Assembly (NCBI GenBank): GCA_034780895.1
Contig: JAUZTB010000002.1
Location: forward strand, 56,368,217-56,432,216
Length of the DNA: 64,000 nucleotides
Direction of reading: 5' to 3'
DNA from: Rhynchobatus australiae
Lineage: Eukaryota
The notes under the pieces are model-generated. The model was not told the origin of the DNA, did no database searches, and was given only the letters and a program-made list of their open reading frames with translations. The position numbers were made by a program, and so were the translations under genes. Positions 38,701 through 52,420 of this stretch are shown one piece after another; positions within the stretch are counted from its first letter, which is position 1, and each line of letters opens with the position of its first letter.

Positions 38701-40550
38701 GTCTGTGATTGAACATCTCTTTGCTAGGTCTGAGCTCCTTTGCTTTGTCTTAGTGATAAATTTGAAGAAAACTCTGAAACAGATGGAGCAGGAGAAGATG
38801 TAATATGCAAATGAGGTATTTACATAAGTCTCCCAATAAATTGAGGCCTGTAATTCTAAAGGGTTTCTTGAAAGTGTGTGCAAAGTCGTGATTGATTCAA
38901 ACAACTTATGGCTCAATTTTCAAATATTAATTTTGGCCAGCAATTTCAAAAATTAAAAATGTTTCCCCATGTCTGATCCTGCATCTCTCTTAATTTCATC
39001 TTTATTTTAGAACATTACAGCACAATACAGGCCCTTTGGCCCACAATTCATTTTCTCCACATGAATATCTTGGAAATGTTCCAAATATTACTTCCTCGAT
39101 GAAGCTGCAAGCCTCAAGAAGGATTCTCACTCCAATTGTTTAAGGAAATATGCAGTGCTTGCCTTGTTTGCAGGGTTTACTTATCTACAATTTCCAATGC
39201 AAGATCCTTTAGAATGGCTATGGGAAAATGCAACTGTAATGAATGGATGGTACTGTTTGCTCATAAACATTAAATAATCTAGACCAACATGTTTTAAAAT
39301 ATGTTTATACACAACTGATTGGCATCTACTGCACCTCAGGACCATATTATTTACTCTACTTTTCATATCTTAAGGCACTTCATAACCAATAGTAATATTA
39401 CCAATGCTAACAACATGATATCAGCAAATAGAAAGTCAGTTGTAACACAGCATTAACTTATGAACTGGAAATCTAAAAGAGGTTCTTCACACAAAATTCC
39501 CTCCACACTTTCTGGCCCATCAAGGCTGAACATTTCCTCCTATTCTGATCCAAATCATCAGCTAAGTGCACAAAGTAAATGATAACATTAAAAACACTAA
39601 CAAAGGGTAGGAATTTGTCTTTTTTTGAGAATGCAGATGCAAGTCTTATGCAAAGTTCTAATACACAGCCCAAGATCAAGTCGGAGTAGGAAAACGGTTG
39701 GGAAGGAATCTAGTTACATCCAGAAGATCACAGCATCATCTACAACACAACTCAAATTTGAAAGGATTATAACAAGGTGAAAAAAATAAATGTTTAATTG
39801 CACCAGAAAGGTTTTAAAGGATTGTTGTTACAAGAAATAGACTTGACCATAATAAACACACAAAACTGTTAATTTGCCTATTATAATTAATATATTAAAG
39901 CCCTATAATAAGGTTTTCAATACAGGTCAGTCTCTGCATACCACACTGCAAAACCATTGCCGAGAAAAATGTACAGAAAACAGAATAAATTTCAATATTC
40001 AAAAAAGGAAAATGTAAAACTTGAAATCTAAAAACTCTGCTAGTCTCCACAATGATACAGAATTTCCAAAATGGATAATCAATTTTAATGGTATAATAAA
40101 GATTGTGAACTTTCAAATACAATGAGAACAACATCACATATTCACAGAAATCTTCAGCATTGAGTTCATTCAGCACATTACATCAGAGTTTTCTTCTTGA
40201 AAGAGCAGTTGCATTTAATCCTATGTTCCCGTTAAATCAGTAAAGTACATATCCAGTACTCTTAAAATTCACTGAATTAATATGTACCACCTGAATCTTC
40301 AAGATCTGAAAGACCTTGTTGTAAAGCACCCTCTTCACCCTTGTAGATCTTTTACTAGTGATCTTACGTTTACAATTTCCAGTTACTGACCCACTCAGAG
40401 GGAACAAATTTGCTCAACATTAAACTTCATCTTCTGTTAGTTGCCCATGTTCTAGAATAAAGGCTTATTTATAAAGTAAAAATAGAAAATGCTGGAAATG
40501 CTTCTTCAGCCCTTTGCCTCTTCTACCTATCACCTCTCAGCATATTACTT

Positions 40551-40988
40551 GATGCAGGTGTGGCCTGTTCCCCGCTCTTCTGGCTTGGAAATCACCCGTG
40601 CTGTCTTCCAGTTCATCTGGGCATCCAAGATGGAGCGGGTCCGACGGGTCACCATGAACAAGTCCCTGGACAATGGGGGTAAAGCTGTCCCCAATGTCAT
40701 CCTCATCCTGACGACCACCTTCGTCTATGGCTGCATCAGGCTGGTCATGGAGCCCAAGTACATGGGCACCAAGTGCCACTACATACTGATGTTCCACCTG
40801 TCCCGACTGTTGCGAAGGATGGGTCTGGCCCCATGGCCACACAATGCCCCAGTCAGCTGGACGTTGCCGCACTACCTGTCCTTCGTGGGGAAGTTCTTCT
40901 GGGCTAATCCCTTTGACCACAAGTCCATCAGGCAGTGGTCAGCACGGAACATCCTGCAGACACTGCAGGAGAAGGACTCGATGGACAC
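40551..40988 (+). mobile_element. Tx1-clade LINE ORF2 fragment, nested in a PLE-derived repeat
   Basis: GC-rich open frame ITRAVFQFIWASKMERVRRVTMNKSLDNGGKAVPNV (F.W..GG..VP motif downstream of L1/Tx1 RT). Flanked by AAAATGCTGGAAATGC (40486) and TGACCTGCTGAGTACATCTAGCATTTT (41237). Confidence 0.7.
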
Positions 40989-41334
40989 NNNNNNNNNNNN
41001 NNNNNNNNNNNNNNNNNNNNNNNNNNNNNNNNNNNNNNNNNNNNNNNNNNNNNNNNNNNNNNNNNNNNNNNNNNNNNNNNNNNNNNNNTGTCTTTAATAG
41101 AGTAAACCAGGGTGATGATGGGGACAAGCTGTTAACAAGATTATCTGATCAATGAGCAGTTAGAGAATGAGAATATAGACAGAGGAGGTAGGAGCTGCGA
41201 AATGCAGAGCAGGAAGCCATTCCTACAGATGCAGTCTGACCTGCTGAGTACATCTAGCATTTTTCAGTTTGAATTTTAGATTTCCTTTCTTTTATTTTCA
41301 TATTTATAAAGTCCCTTTCAAACATCAAGTATCA

Positions 41335-41690
41335 GAAAGCATTTTACAGCCAATGGAGTACAAATCTTAGTAGACAATTTTGTAATGTAGGAAACTTATC
41401 ACCTAATTCATCCACAATCAACAGTGAGATAACTGAACAAATAATATGTTTTAGCAATGTTGACCGAAAGCTAAGTAATGGCCAAGACTCTTCAGTTCTT
41501 TTTGAAATAGTGCCTTGGGCTTTGCTTTAAACATCAAATTTAGAGAGCAAGTGGGGTCACAGATAATGTTTCATTCAAAAAGGTAGGATTTCTGATCACA
41601 AAACAGCGTTCAACAACCTGGAGTGCAAATTTAACCCATAATCTTTCGAATCAGTGAACGGTGTTCTACCTAGTGAGTCACTGCTACCAT
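41335..41690 (-). mobile_element. Deu-SINE (SacSINE1-like), decayed
   Basis: TTTACAGCCAATGGAGTAC..TGTAATGTAGGAAAC..TTGAAATAGTGCCTTGGG..AATGTTTCATTCAAAA matches the reverse Deu domain as recalled. A similar remnant lies at about 50100-50390. Confidence 0.55.
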
Positions 41691-42577
41691 ATTTTAAGAA
41701 CATAGTCCTAACTCTTATCTTTCCTGATATCCCTCATCCTTGGTAGTATCCAAGTAAATGTCCAATGTACTGCAAGGCCTTTGTATCTTTGGGTCCTGTA
41801 CAGAACATTCCAATTGATGGCTAATCTATAATAATCTTTTAAAAACTTCACATTCCTCCATCTACATTTTTTTGTTAAAAATCACTCTATAAACTTATTC
41901 TTCCACCTTTAAAAAATTTTTGTTTAAGTTCAACAAGGTCTTCATCTCACTTTTTTTGAAAAGTGGAGGTGAGCCATGACAAAAAGCAAAACATGTCANN
42001 NNNNNNNNCCAGTTACTTAAGATAAGTTTTCATCTGCACACATTTCATCTAAATACTGTTCTAGATTGAATTGTCTGAACGTCATAATTCAAAGAGCCCA
42101 AATGAATCAAAGGATCAGAATCTATACTCTCCATCAGCACCATTAAAAATCCATATCAGAAACCACCCTGTGGTAGAAGTGGTTGAAATCCTCTTAGGAA
42201 TTTTTCACAAAAACTAAAGAAGAAACAAACATAGACAAGATCAAGAACCATTAAATTTGGTAAAATACCATGCAACAATATAGCAAAACATCTTACATTG
42301 AAAAGGAGGCTTCCATTTGAAATGCTCATCTTAATGAATTAACATTAACAACACTGGAAATGTTAATTTAAGTAAATATTGGACAAGTCTGGACTAAAAT
42401 AATTCAGAATCAGTTCAAATCTCATCATAACAGCTGGGAAATTTAAATACAGTTATAAAAATAAAGCTAGAACTTAAAACTAGAATCAATAACAGTGATT
42501 AGGAAACAGAATTTTAGGAATAATCCCATCTTGGTTTACCAACAGTCTTTAAGGAAGTAAAGAAACCTGCCATCTTT

Positions 42578-45490
42578 TGGAGGTAGAGTTGTACAGCATG
42601 GTTATGGGCCCTTTATCCATGCCAATTGTGATGGCTATCTACTCTAATTCTGTTGCCTGCATTAGGCTCACATCCTTCTCCTTTCCTTTCCAAATACCTG
42701 TCCAAATGCCCTTTAAACATTTTAATCTTATCTGCCTCAAACACTTCTTCTGGCAGCATTTAACTACCACCCTGTGTGGAAAAACTTAGCCACAGATCAA
42801 CTTAAACCTATGACTCTCCCCACCCCTGGATAAAGACCGACTGCCCTCAATTTCATTAACCTCTACAAGGTCAGCCCTTAGCCTCCTACATTCCAGTGAG
42901 AATAAACCCAGCCTATCCAATCTCTCATCATTACTAAANNNNNNNNNNNNNNNNNNNNNNNNNNNNNNNNNNNNNNNNNNNNNNNNNNNNNNNNNNNNNN
43001 NNNNNNNNNNNNNNNNNNNNNNNNNNNNNNNNNNNNNNTTCCAGTGAGAATAAACCCAGCCTATCCAATCTCTCCTCATTACTAAAGCTCTCCATTCCAG
43101 GAGACAAACTGGTAAATCTCTTCTGCACTCTTTCTAATGCTACAACATCCTTCCAAGTGCAGCCAGACCAATGCTTTGTACAGCTGTAATGTCCCAAAAT
43201 CCCAGTCCCCTGGGCAAAAAAGGCAAGCATGCCAAATACGTTCTTCACGACCTGATCCACCTGTCTCAACATTTTCCAGGAAGCTATGAACTTACATCTG
43301 TCATTTACTCCATGTATCAGATTAGGATACAACATCCTAAAATGCACTACCTCATACTTTCTAGATTAAACTCCCTCTGCTGCCATTCCGTCTGACTTTC
43401 CAACTGATCTATGTCCCTCTGTATCCTTTCATAAACTTCATTATCTACAACTACATTTTTTGTGTCATCAGAAAACTTGCTAATCAGTCCACTTGCATTT
43501 TCATCCAAGTCACTTATATGACTATCCATCCCTGTTTATAGACCTCCAGTCAGAAAAACACTGCTCAACTGCCAACTTCTGTTTCCCATCACCAAAGAAA
43601 TTTTAAATCTAGTTTGCCAACGCATCTTGGATCCCATGTGCCTTAACCTTCTGGACCAGCCTACAATGCAGAAATTTGTCAAAAGCCTTGCTAAAGTCCA
43701 CATAGACCATGTCTACTGCCCTGCATTTCATCAATTTTCTTAGTTGCCCCTTCAAAAAAAGCCTCAGATTTGTGAGATACAAGCTCCCCCACACTAAATC
43801 ATCATGTTGACTTATCCTAATCTGTCCCTGCCCTTCTAATGAACATCAATCCTGTCCCTTTGGATGATTTCCAATAATTTCACGCAAGGCTCACTGTAGT
43901 TTCCTAGCTTATCCCTACTAGTCTTTTTGAATAAGAAAACAACATCCCCCAGCCCTCTGATATCTTGCTCGTCACAAACAAAGATGCAAATATCTCCATT
44001 ACACCCCCAGAAGTCTCCAAACTTGTTTCCCATAGCATCCTGAGATAGATCCCTTCAGGCCCTGGAGATTTATTCACCTCAATGTTAGCCAGTATCTCTA
44101 ACAGTTCCTTCTTCCTGACACAGACATGTGCCAAAATATCCATATATCCCTCCTCTAACTCTCCATCCTCCATATCCTGTGAAAAGTAGTCATTTAGGAT
44201 TCTGTTCATATTCCCTGGCTCCACATGTAGATGTCCTTTTTGTTCCCTGAAGAAACGTATTCTTTCTCTAGCTTCCCTCTTGCTTCCAATTAGTTTTGGG
44301 ATGTTCCTTAATCCTTCTTGCCAAGGCCATTTATTGGCCTCTTTGTGCCCTCCTAACTTCTTTCTCTCCTACATCCCCAATAAACTGCAGAGGATTCGTC
44401 AATTCAAAATGCCTATACCTGACATTTGCTTTCTTATTTCTGATCACACCTTCAATCCCCTTTGTTAACCAAGGTCCCCTAATCTTACCATCTTTGCTTC
44501 TTACGAAGACATGCCAACTATGAGCTCTTACTATTTCGCTTTTAAACGCCTTGCACTTATTGGATCTTGTTTTTCCCTCTTGCAGCTGCTCCCAATTTAC
44601 TTTCACCAGGTCCCTTAAACAGGTCAAATCAGCTCTCTCCCCCCACTCCCACCACAATTTAAGACCTTCATTCTAGGTTCAACCTTATATTTTTCCAAGA
44701 CCACCTTGAAACTTACTGAACTATGGTTGCATTTACAAAGAGTTCCTCAACAAACATTTCCAATGTCAAGTACAGCCTCTTCCTTGTATGACTCTCTAAG
44801 TACACTACTTCAAAAATCCTTCGACTACATTTTATGAATTCCACTCGATCCAAGCCTCTTGCATGAAGGTAATCCCAGTAATTATTAGAAAAGTTAAAAC
44901 CCCCACTACTACTTCACTATTGTTTTTACTGCAGTTTACCTACGTATCTGTTCTTCTAGTATAACCCCATTAAAGTGATTGCCCTTTTCTTATTTCTAAG
45001 TTCTATCCATATATCTTCATTGGCTGATCCTTCCAGAATATCTTCCCCAAGTACTGCCATAATGCTCTCGCTAATCAGCAGTGCAACAACTCTTCTGTCA
45101 CACCTAAAACTTCTAGACCCTGGAGTATTCCTTCAACCATGTTTCTGGAATTACAACAATATCATAATCCTGTGTATTGATCCATGCTCTTAGCTCATCA
45201 GTCTTGTGACCCTCCTTGCATCAGAGCAAATGCATTTAAGCCTACCGGCAGTCTGTTTCCCCACCTGTCTCTGTTTGCTTTACTCAATTTTGACGCTCCA
45301 TCTGCTGTACTATCATTCAGGATCCCATCCCCATCTCACTAGTTTAAACCCTCCCGCGTAGCACCGGCAAGCCTCCCTACAAGGACATTGGTCCCCCTCC
45401 AGTTTAGGTGCAACTATCCTTCATGCATGGAAAAGACCCCAGTGATCCAAATACCTGAAACCCTTGCCCTGCACCAGCTCCTTAGCCCTA
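42578..45490 (-). mobile_element. Long decayed CR1 LINE (ORF1 end, endonuclease, RT, 3' tail) inserted in an older SINE
   Basis: Minus LHLNWRGTNVLVGRLAGATREGLN* (ORF1 esterase end), DELRAWINTQDYDIVVIPETWL (APE endonuclease), AVDMVYVDFSKAFDK, ISKFSDDTK, KDVVALERVQKRFT. SINE halves at 42385-42577 and 45500-45660. Confidence 0.9.
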
Positions 45491-46459
45491 TATTCCTATT
45501 TCCTTATCAACTTACATTGACCACAGCCAATATCAATGTAGTCAAATCTAAACTGTCCCTCTGAAATCATCCAGCAAACCACTCAAGTTTGAAGGCAAAT
45601 AGGGATGGGCATTAAATCCTAGCCTTGTCAGTGATACCCATATTCAGTAAGTGAGTTAAGATTCAATTCCTGATGTCACTGTACAACAATTACAGACCAA
45701 TATTTGATGGTCACTTGGTACTTCAGTTCACCATGCTATTAATTTACTTTTAAAATAATATCAATAATGTGATTTGGTTATGAGAGCAGTGAAACATTTT
45801 ATACTGAAGTATCATTTTGCAAAAGAAACAAGTTCCTGTTTTTCTTCAATTATGTATTTTCCTATGCTACAAATAGTTGATTTGAAACAAAACTGGTAAA
45901 ATACTAATTTGGTGATCTAATCCCAATAAAGAAATTGTCAGTGGACATAGTCCTGAACAGTAATTAGAAATTAAATTAAAAAAAAACTAACCTCCTGTAG
46001 AAAAAAATCAAAATGATTTAATAGGGACAAACAGATGTTCTGATGAAGAGTCATCCTGAGTGCAATGTGAATAATCAATTGTTATTGTGCATTTCAGTTT
46101 ACAACATTACTACCTTTTTGAAAATAATTCAAGTTCAAAGCAGTGAGACTCACAACAAAAATGGAACCAATTAGGTGTGAAAATAGCTGAAGGGCAGGTT
46201 ATAAGAATACATCAAGGTAATAGAACAGATTTAATACATGGGTTGTCACAGGGAACAAATTTAATTCTGGTCTGTATTAAGGGTCTTAAATCAATTACTT
46301 AATGGTCTGGATTTTCTGGTTACCACTGATCTCAAATAAAATATCGCAGAAAAATTCAAAGGAGTTAGTGATGCAACTTGTTACTTTTCTGAGGTGAACT
46401 GCTATCATTTGTGGTGACCATCAATCGTCTGGATTATTGCAAGAAACCATCTGCTCAAA

Positions 46460-46725
46460 AAGTCATAGCGACACACAGCAGGAAACAAGCCCATTGGCCC
46501 ACCAAGTCTGCACCCCATCAACCACTCATCCATATTAATCACATTTTTATTCTCCCCACATTCACATCAACTCCCCTCAGATTCTACCACTCACCTACAC
46601 ACAAGGGGCCGACTCACCTCCCAATCCACATGTCTTTGGGATGTCGGAGGAAACAGGAACACCCAGAAGAAACCCATGTGGTCTCAGTGAGAATGTGCAA
46701 ACTCCACACACAGTGCCCAAGGTAA
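46460..46725 (-). mobile_element. V-SINE (HE1-like) with CR1-type tail
   Basis: CACAGCAGGAAACAAGCCCATTGGCCCACCAAGTC tail; CATGTCTTTGGGATGTCGGAGGAAACAGGAACACCCAG..GAGAATGTGCAAACTCCACACA. Confidence 0.75.
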
Positions 46726-46727
46726 AG

Positions 46728-47137
46728 ATTGGTATTGGTATTGGTATTGATTTACTATTGTCACTTGTACGGAGGTACAGTGAAAAACTTGACTTGCATA
46801 CTGATCGTACAGGTCAATTCATTACACAGTGCAGTTACATTGAGTTAGTACAGAGTACATTAAGGTAGTACAGGTAAAAGCAATAACAGCACAGAGTAAA
46901 GAGTCACAGCTATGGAGAAAGTGCAGTGCATTAAGGTGCAAGGTCACAACAAGGTAGATCATGAGGTCAGAGTCCATCTCATCGTATAAGGGAACCGTTC
47001 AATAATCTTATCACAGTGGGGTAGAAGCTGCCCTTAAGTCTGGTGGTATGTGCCCTCAGACTCCTGTATCTTCTACCCGATGGAAGAGGAGAGAAGAGAG
47101 AATGTCCCGGGTGGGTGGGGTCTTTGATTATGCTGGC
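46728..47137 (-). mobile_element. Rex1/Babar-type LINE 3' end with (ATACCA)n tail
   Basis: Minus ASIIKDPTHPGHSLFSPLPSGRRYRSLRAHTTRLKGSFYPTVIRLLN; tail ATTGGT repeats at 46728-46750. Confidence 0.88.
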
Positions 47138-48811
47138 NNNNNNNNNNNNNNNNNNNNNNNNNNNNNNNNNNNNNNNNNNNNNNNNNNNNNNNNNNNNNNN
47201 NNNNNNNNNNNNNNNNNNNNNNNNNNNNNNNNNNNNNAAGCTGGCTGAACAGACTGGAGGATTATGACAAATAAACCACAAAATAATAATTAAACTTTGT
47301 GATGTTTTGAACATATTCCAAGAAGATGTCAAAGTTGGAACATAAAACTGAGTGAAATAGAAGGTAAAAGGTTATAAACAAATTTTAAAGTAAAATCCAT
47401 AAGACTTAAGGACAGACTTTAGTTAACTTTAGCAAAATCCTTATCACAAGATTTTCCAGACATTGGTATAGATATCAAAAAATAATGAATTCCACAGTAA
47501 ACATGCTGAAAATCTAGGATATGACGATGTGCAGATGCTCATGTACAGCAATGCTAGTCACTAGTACATCTGAGCACCATACACTCAAAGCTCTGTTCAT
47601 TCAGCCTAACATTTAAATCATTTGAAAACAAACAATATGACCCTAACTATCTGGAGCATTTGATAACATCCCTTGCCGATCTCTTCCAAAAAAACCAGCA
47701 AGAAAACCTTGCTTGAGAGGAAACCAGATACAATTCATTAAGATTCTGCATTTCAGTGGTTGAAAAGACAGAGCAAGAATCACTTGGTTCAATCAGCAAA
47801 ACTTGTATTCTACTAATAACACAACTAATAACTACTCTATCTGTTCCCTCATGGAGCATGCTACATGTCAAACAAAATAATTTGCAGCTAACTTCCTTAT
47901 TAATGTCTGACCAAACCTTACAGTCAAATCTTTTGCTGTACCCACATAACAATTTCTATTTTAGTACTCTAGTGTCCATTGATTAAAAAGCCTGGAAAAT
48001 CTTTCTTTTGTACTTGTGACTAGAGGCTTCCAAATACAGAGGGTGCAAGATATTTATCATCAATTGCTGAGGTACACTATTGAATTGGTTATTACTCAGA
48101 ACCCATGAGGAAACACACAACCATCTCAGCTACACAATATTAAGCTTTACAATGTATAATCTTTCTGTCTTATACAAAATAGTCCAGTTAGTGAATTATG
48201 AAAGGAAATGCCATCAGAAATCTGTACATGAGCAAATCACTAGTTTTTGACAATACAAAAGAAAACCATTTAAACTTACTAACTTTGTTCAGAAAATTTA
48301 CCAATGTCATAATGATCATATCTCCCAACTATCAAGTAGCATAGGTCATTCAGCCTACCTGACAAAGACTACAGTATAATATTCCCAAGATCAGTGCTGC
48401 AATTGTAACAGGATTTTGACTTCAGTTCAGAAGGACATTGTCTTGCTTGTATCAGGAGGATGGTTATTTGGAAAATTCATATTTCCAAACAACAGCAGGA
48501 CTAAAATGGGCTGAATGTAAACAATAAAATAACACCTGCTTGGTAAATTCATCAATTCCCAAAGATTTTTCCCAAAATAATAATTAACTCTTACTCCAGC
48601 TTTTGGATTATTGAAAGCATGGTTGTGTTTAGAGACTACTGTGAAATGGTTGACAAATAATTTGAAAAGACTTCCATTCATAAAGCACCTAGTCATTCCT
48701 TTACAAAATATATCTCAAAGCAACTGCTTAAATGCAGTTATGCAGGCAAATTTTATCTGGATGACAGTTTTAAGATGAAAATCTTGATCATTTGTAAATC
48801 TTTGTCTTTAC

Positions 48812-49285
48812 AATATTTTTATTAATTCCATGAAAAAAAATACAAAGTACATGCATCAAAAGAGAATAAAAATACTACTGAATACATTGTGTTAAATCAT
48901 ACTTGAGATCACAATAGTCTAAATTAATAATCACATGTGATAGTTAATAAAGAAAAATTGGAATAATTTTATTATTAAAAATCTACACCCACTACCAAAA
49001 ACCAAAGCTGTTTGATTAAAAAAGACAAGGAAAAAGCTTTAAAAACGTAACAGTGTCAGCCAATATCTGCATTTTAGTCCCCAAATCAGAGATTTTGAAA
49101 ATAATTCGAAGAAGGTCCCCACAGGGTTTGAAACTCTAAGTTAGATTCAAGAATTGAACAACGGATCTTCTCTAGATTCAGGTATGACATAACATCCCGT
49201 AACCATTGAGCATGACTAGGCAGAGTAACTTCCCTCCATTTAAGCAACACAACCCTCCTGGCTATAAGAGAAATACAAGCCAAAA
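48812..49285 (-). mobile_element. L1-clade LINE 3' end
   Basis: Minus IARRVVLLKWREVTLPSHAQWLRDVMSYLNLEKIR..FQTLWGP matches the fish L1 ORF2 C-terminus. T-rich 3' UTR and AATAAA near 48820. Confidence 0.8.
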
Positions 49286-51929
49286 NNNNNNNNNNNNNNN
49301 NNNNNNNNNNNNNNNNNNNNNNNNNNNNNNNNNNNNNNNNNNNNNNNNNNNNNNNNNNNNNNNNNNNNNNNNNNNNNNNNNNNNNNNNNNNNNNNNNNNN
49401 NNNNNNNNNNNNNNNNNNNNNNNNNNNNNNNNNNNNNNNNNNNNNNNNNNNNNNNNNNNNNNNNNNNNNNNNNNNNNNNNNNNNNNNNNNNNNNNNNNNN
49501 NNNNNNNNNNNNNNNNNNNNNNNNNNNNNNNNNNNNNNNNNNNNNNNNNNNNNNNNNNNNNNNNATTTTAATAAGGAAAAAGTTGCAAAAGTATTTATTC
49601 TGCACCCCCCTAGTAAAATATGTGCTTGAAGCAAAAATTCCATCACCCAACTAAAACATGTTATTAAACTAAGTGCAATGAATCAATATGTATTTGCAAT
49701 AGAAGACAAATTTTAAAGCTTTTCATATAAAATTTGTGACATGGTACCTGTTTTAGCTTTGAACTAAATTGGAAAATTCAAGTGTTTTAACAATGGAAAC
49801 TTTCTTCAAAAAATGAAGAATTCTTTAATGGATTGGAACGAAAATTGTAGTGAAGTGCAAAAGGGAAAGATCACCCACCCAATACCTTTCTTAACAAAAA
49901 ACATTACAATCACATAATGATAACATTACTTGTTGCTACAATGAACATTTTAAGATAATTATAACTTAAATGTAATGAAACAAGGTAGCAAAGCAAAACA
50001 CTGATGGCTATTTAAATATTCAATGTCTCCACAGTCACTATTAAAAAAAGTTGTCTTGTGTCTATACAATACTTTTTCTTCGGAGACTCAAAGGTGATTC
50101 ATAAAAGCGTTGTAATCATTTTTCACACAGCAAACTTATTCAGTAAAGTGAGTGAGTAATCAATTAATCTATTTGTGTTTGTGGTAATTTTTGTTTAAGC
50201 AAGAATGCTAACCATCAAATTGGTCCTCTCCCACCATCCCATCCTCATTTTGAATAACACTCCAGATGGCCTCAAGGTCCCATTGCATGAGAATAGATGG
50301 ATGGTTTAATGTTTCATTCCAAAGCCAGCATATGCAATGCTATTATACACTCTCTGTACTGCACTGAGCTATTAACGGTCCATCTTGGTGTGAAATTGTA
50401 GTTACATGGTTGTACAAAGTAAATTCCTGACAGAAAGATGACTCGTTTATTTTAGTCTGAATACCATTGAAGCCCCATACAAGTTTTAATTATTGCCAGT
50501 AAAACTCTTTGCATCATAAAACAATAATTTCAAGTGCACAGACTCATTTCTTCAACAACTTTCCTTACTTTTTAAAAAAATTTTTTAAAATAAGTCAAAA
50601 TTACTTTCCCTCCTTTTTTGTGTCCTTCTGTTTAGCATTAGCTTCATCCTCTCCAATCAACATTTCCTACTCATTCCTCAAAGTTAATTTCACGCCACTC
50701 AAATCTGATTTATTAATGGCGTAAGCAGTTGCCTGCCTGTACAACAAGGTCCCACATGCCCAGTTTCCTTCACTAATGTGATCAGCTTTCATTTCCAACA
50801 CACAAAAGACGAAAAAAATTAATGTATACAAGTCTATCTGATGACAGGCATCATTAAATGCCCTGCAACGGCAAGTCTTAACCCCTTGTGGAAAGCTCCA
50901 GCACCTGTTCCTCCCCCAGTAAAATTATGATGGGATGGTGCACATTATGCATTGACTGAATTTAAAATAGATTTTTCCTGAGAAATCATGCCACAAATGA
51001 ATATATAATAAAAGTATTATATTTAAAGATTCACAGTTGATAATATTCTTGCTTTAAAGCAAACTTCTGTATGATGCCATCTAGGCAGAATTATAGAGAG
51101 AAATAATTCAAACTGAGACTTAAATATACTGTACGCCTGCAAGATGAAAGCCTGGAAAATCTTTAAAAATGTACATCTTTTCTAATACGCTTGCAATGAT
51201 TTCCAAAATGCTTTACAGAAGGCTCCATTCATCCTATTCACTTTTGGTTTGCCCACAAAGGAGATGTCAGTACCAAGTGGCAAGCTTCAGTTCATTTTCA
51301 TAAGCATCCTTTTACTTATTCTTTGAAGTGAAGTATTTTTAAATCAGTTGCCACACACAAATCTTTACCAGGTTTGAGTTCATGTTGCCCAACTACCTCT
51401 AGTTCTTTTTTCTCCCATAATACAAATTCACACCGTGACAATGTAAACTGCTTTGGAAAACAATTATTTTGTCCAGTTTAATAATTTCAATGTAAACAAA
51501 GGTAAATTTGCTTTTGAGTACAGATTTGCTTACACTTGTAGCTTGGCAGGAAGAATATTTCAAGTCACCTGCTTGCTGAAAGATACATCTCGTGTTCAAA
51601 ATAAAAAAAAATGTTTTTAAGAACATTCATCTTATGATGAAGGGTAACAATTGCTGGGCAGAAAAGTATTTAAAATCCAAAATGTCGAGAGTCTGTTGTA
51701 CCTAATACTTACCAAGAGGAGCNNNNNNNNNNNNNNNNCACTTAAATTACATTTCTGTACTAGTCAGATAATTTACAAACATATCTTTTAAATACAAGGT
51801 TAATTCTAATCACTGATTGGAATTCTAAGAGTTGTTTAAAGACAAATATATTGACAACTATTTTTATCACTATGTTAATACAAAGTATTTTCATCTCTTT
51901 GCAATGTAATCAAAAGAGTATTATAATCA

Positions 51930-52420
51930 CCAGCTAAACGAAGGATGTTAAGCTGGAAAGATACAGAAAAAATGTTACCAGGACTCAAGGGCTTGAGTTA
52001 TATGGAGAGGCTCAAATGGCTGGGACTTTTTTCCCTGGGGTGTAGGTGGTTAAGGATCACCTATAGGAGGTATACAAAATCATAAGGGGAGTAGATAAGA
52101 TTGATGGTCGCCGCCTTTTTCCCCATGGTAGGGGAATATAAAACTAGGGGGTGTAGATTTAAGATAGGAAAAATATAAAAGGGACCCAAGGGGAAACCTT
52201 TTCTACAGAGGATGGTAGATACTGTATATGGAATGAGCTGCCAGAGGAAGCTGTAGAGATGGGTACAATTATAATGGTTAAAAGATATTTGGACAGGTAC
52301 ATGGATAGAAAAAGGTCAAGAGGGATATAGTCCAAACACATGCAGATAGACAGAATGGATGAGCTGGGCCAAAGGGCCTGTTTCCATGCTGCATTATACT
52401 ATAATCCTAAGACTATAAAC
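51930..52420 (+). mobile_element. CR1 LINE 3' fragment
   Basis: AAGGATGTTAAGCTGGAAAG..ATATGGAATGAGCTGCCAGAGGAAG..GGGCCAAAGGGCCTGTTTCCATGCTG. Confidence 0.85.

Noticed and set aside
38430-38900. Purine-rich stretch with a coding-like look
   Set aside because: Frames are interrupted and I recognise no protein or splice structure; needs a BLASTX to say more.
46038-46062. TTCTGATGAAGAGTCATC, start of a hammerhead-like motif
   Set aside because: No closing stem II, GAAA box or UH site follows.
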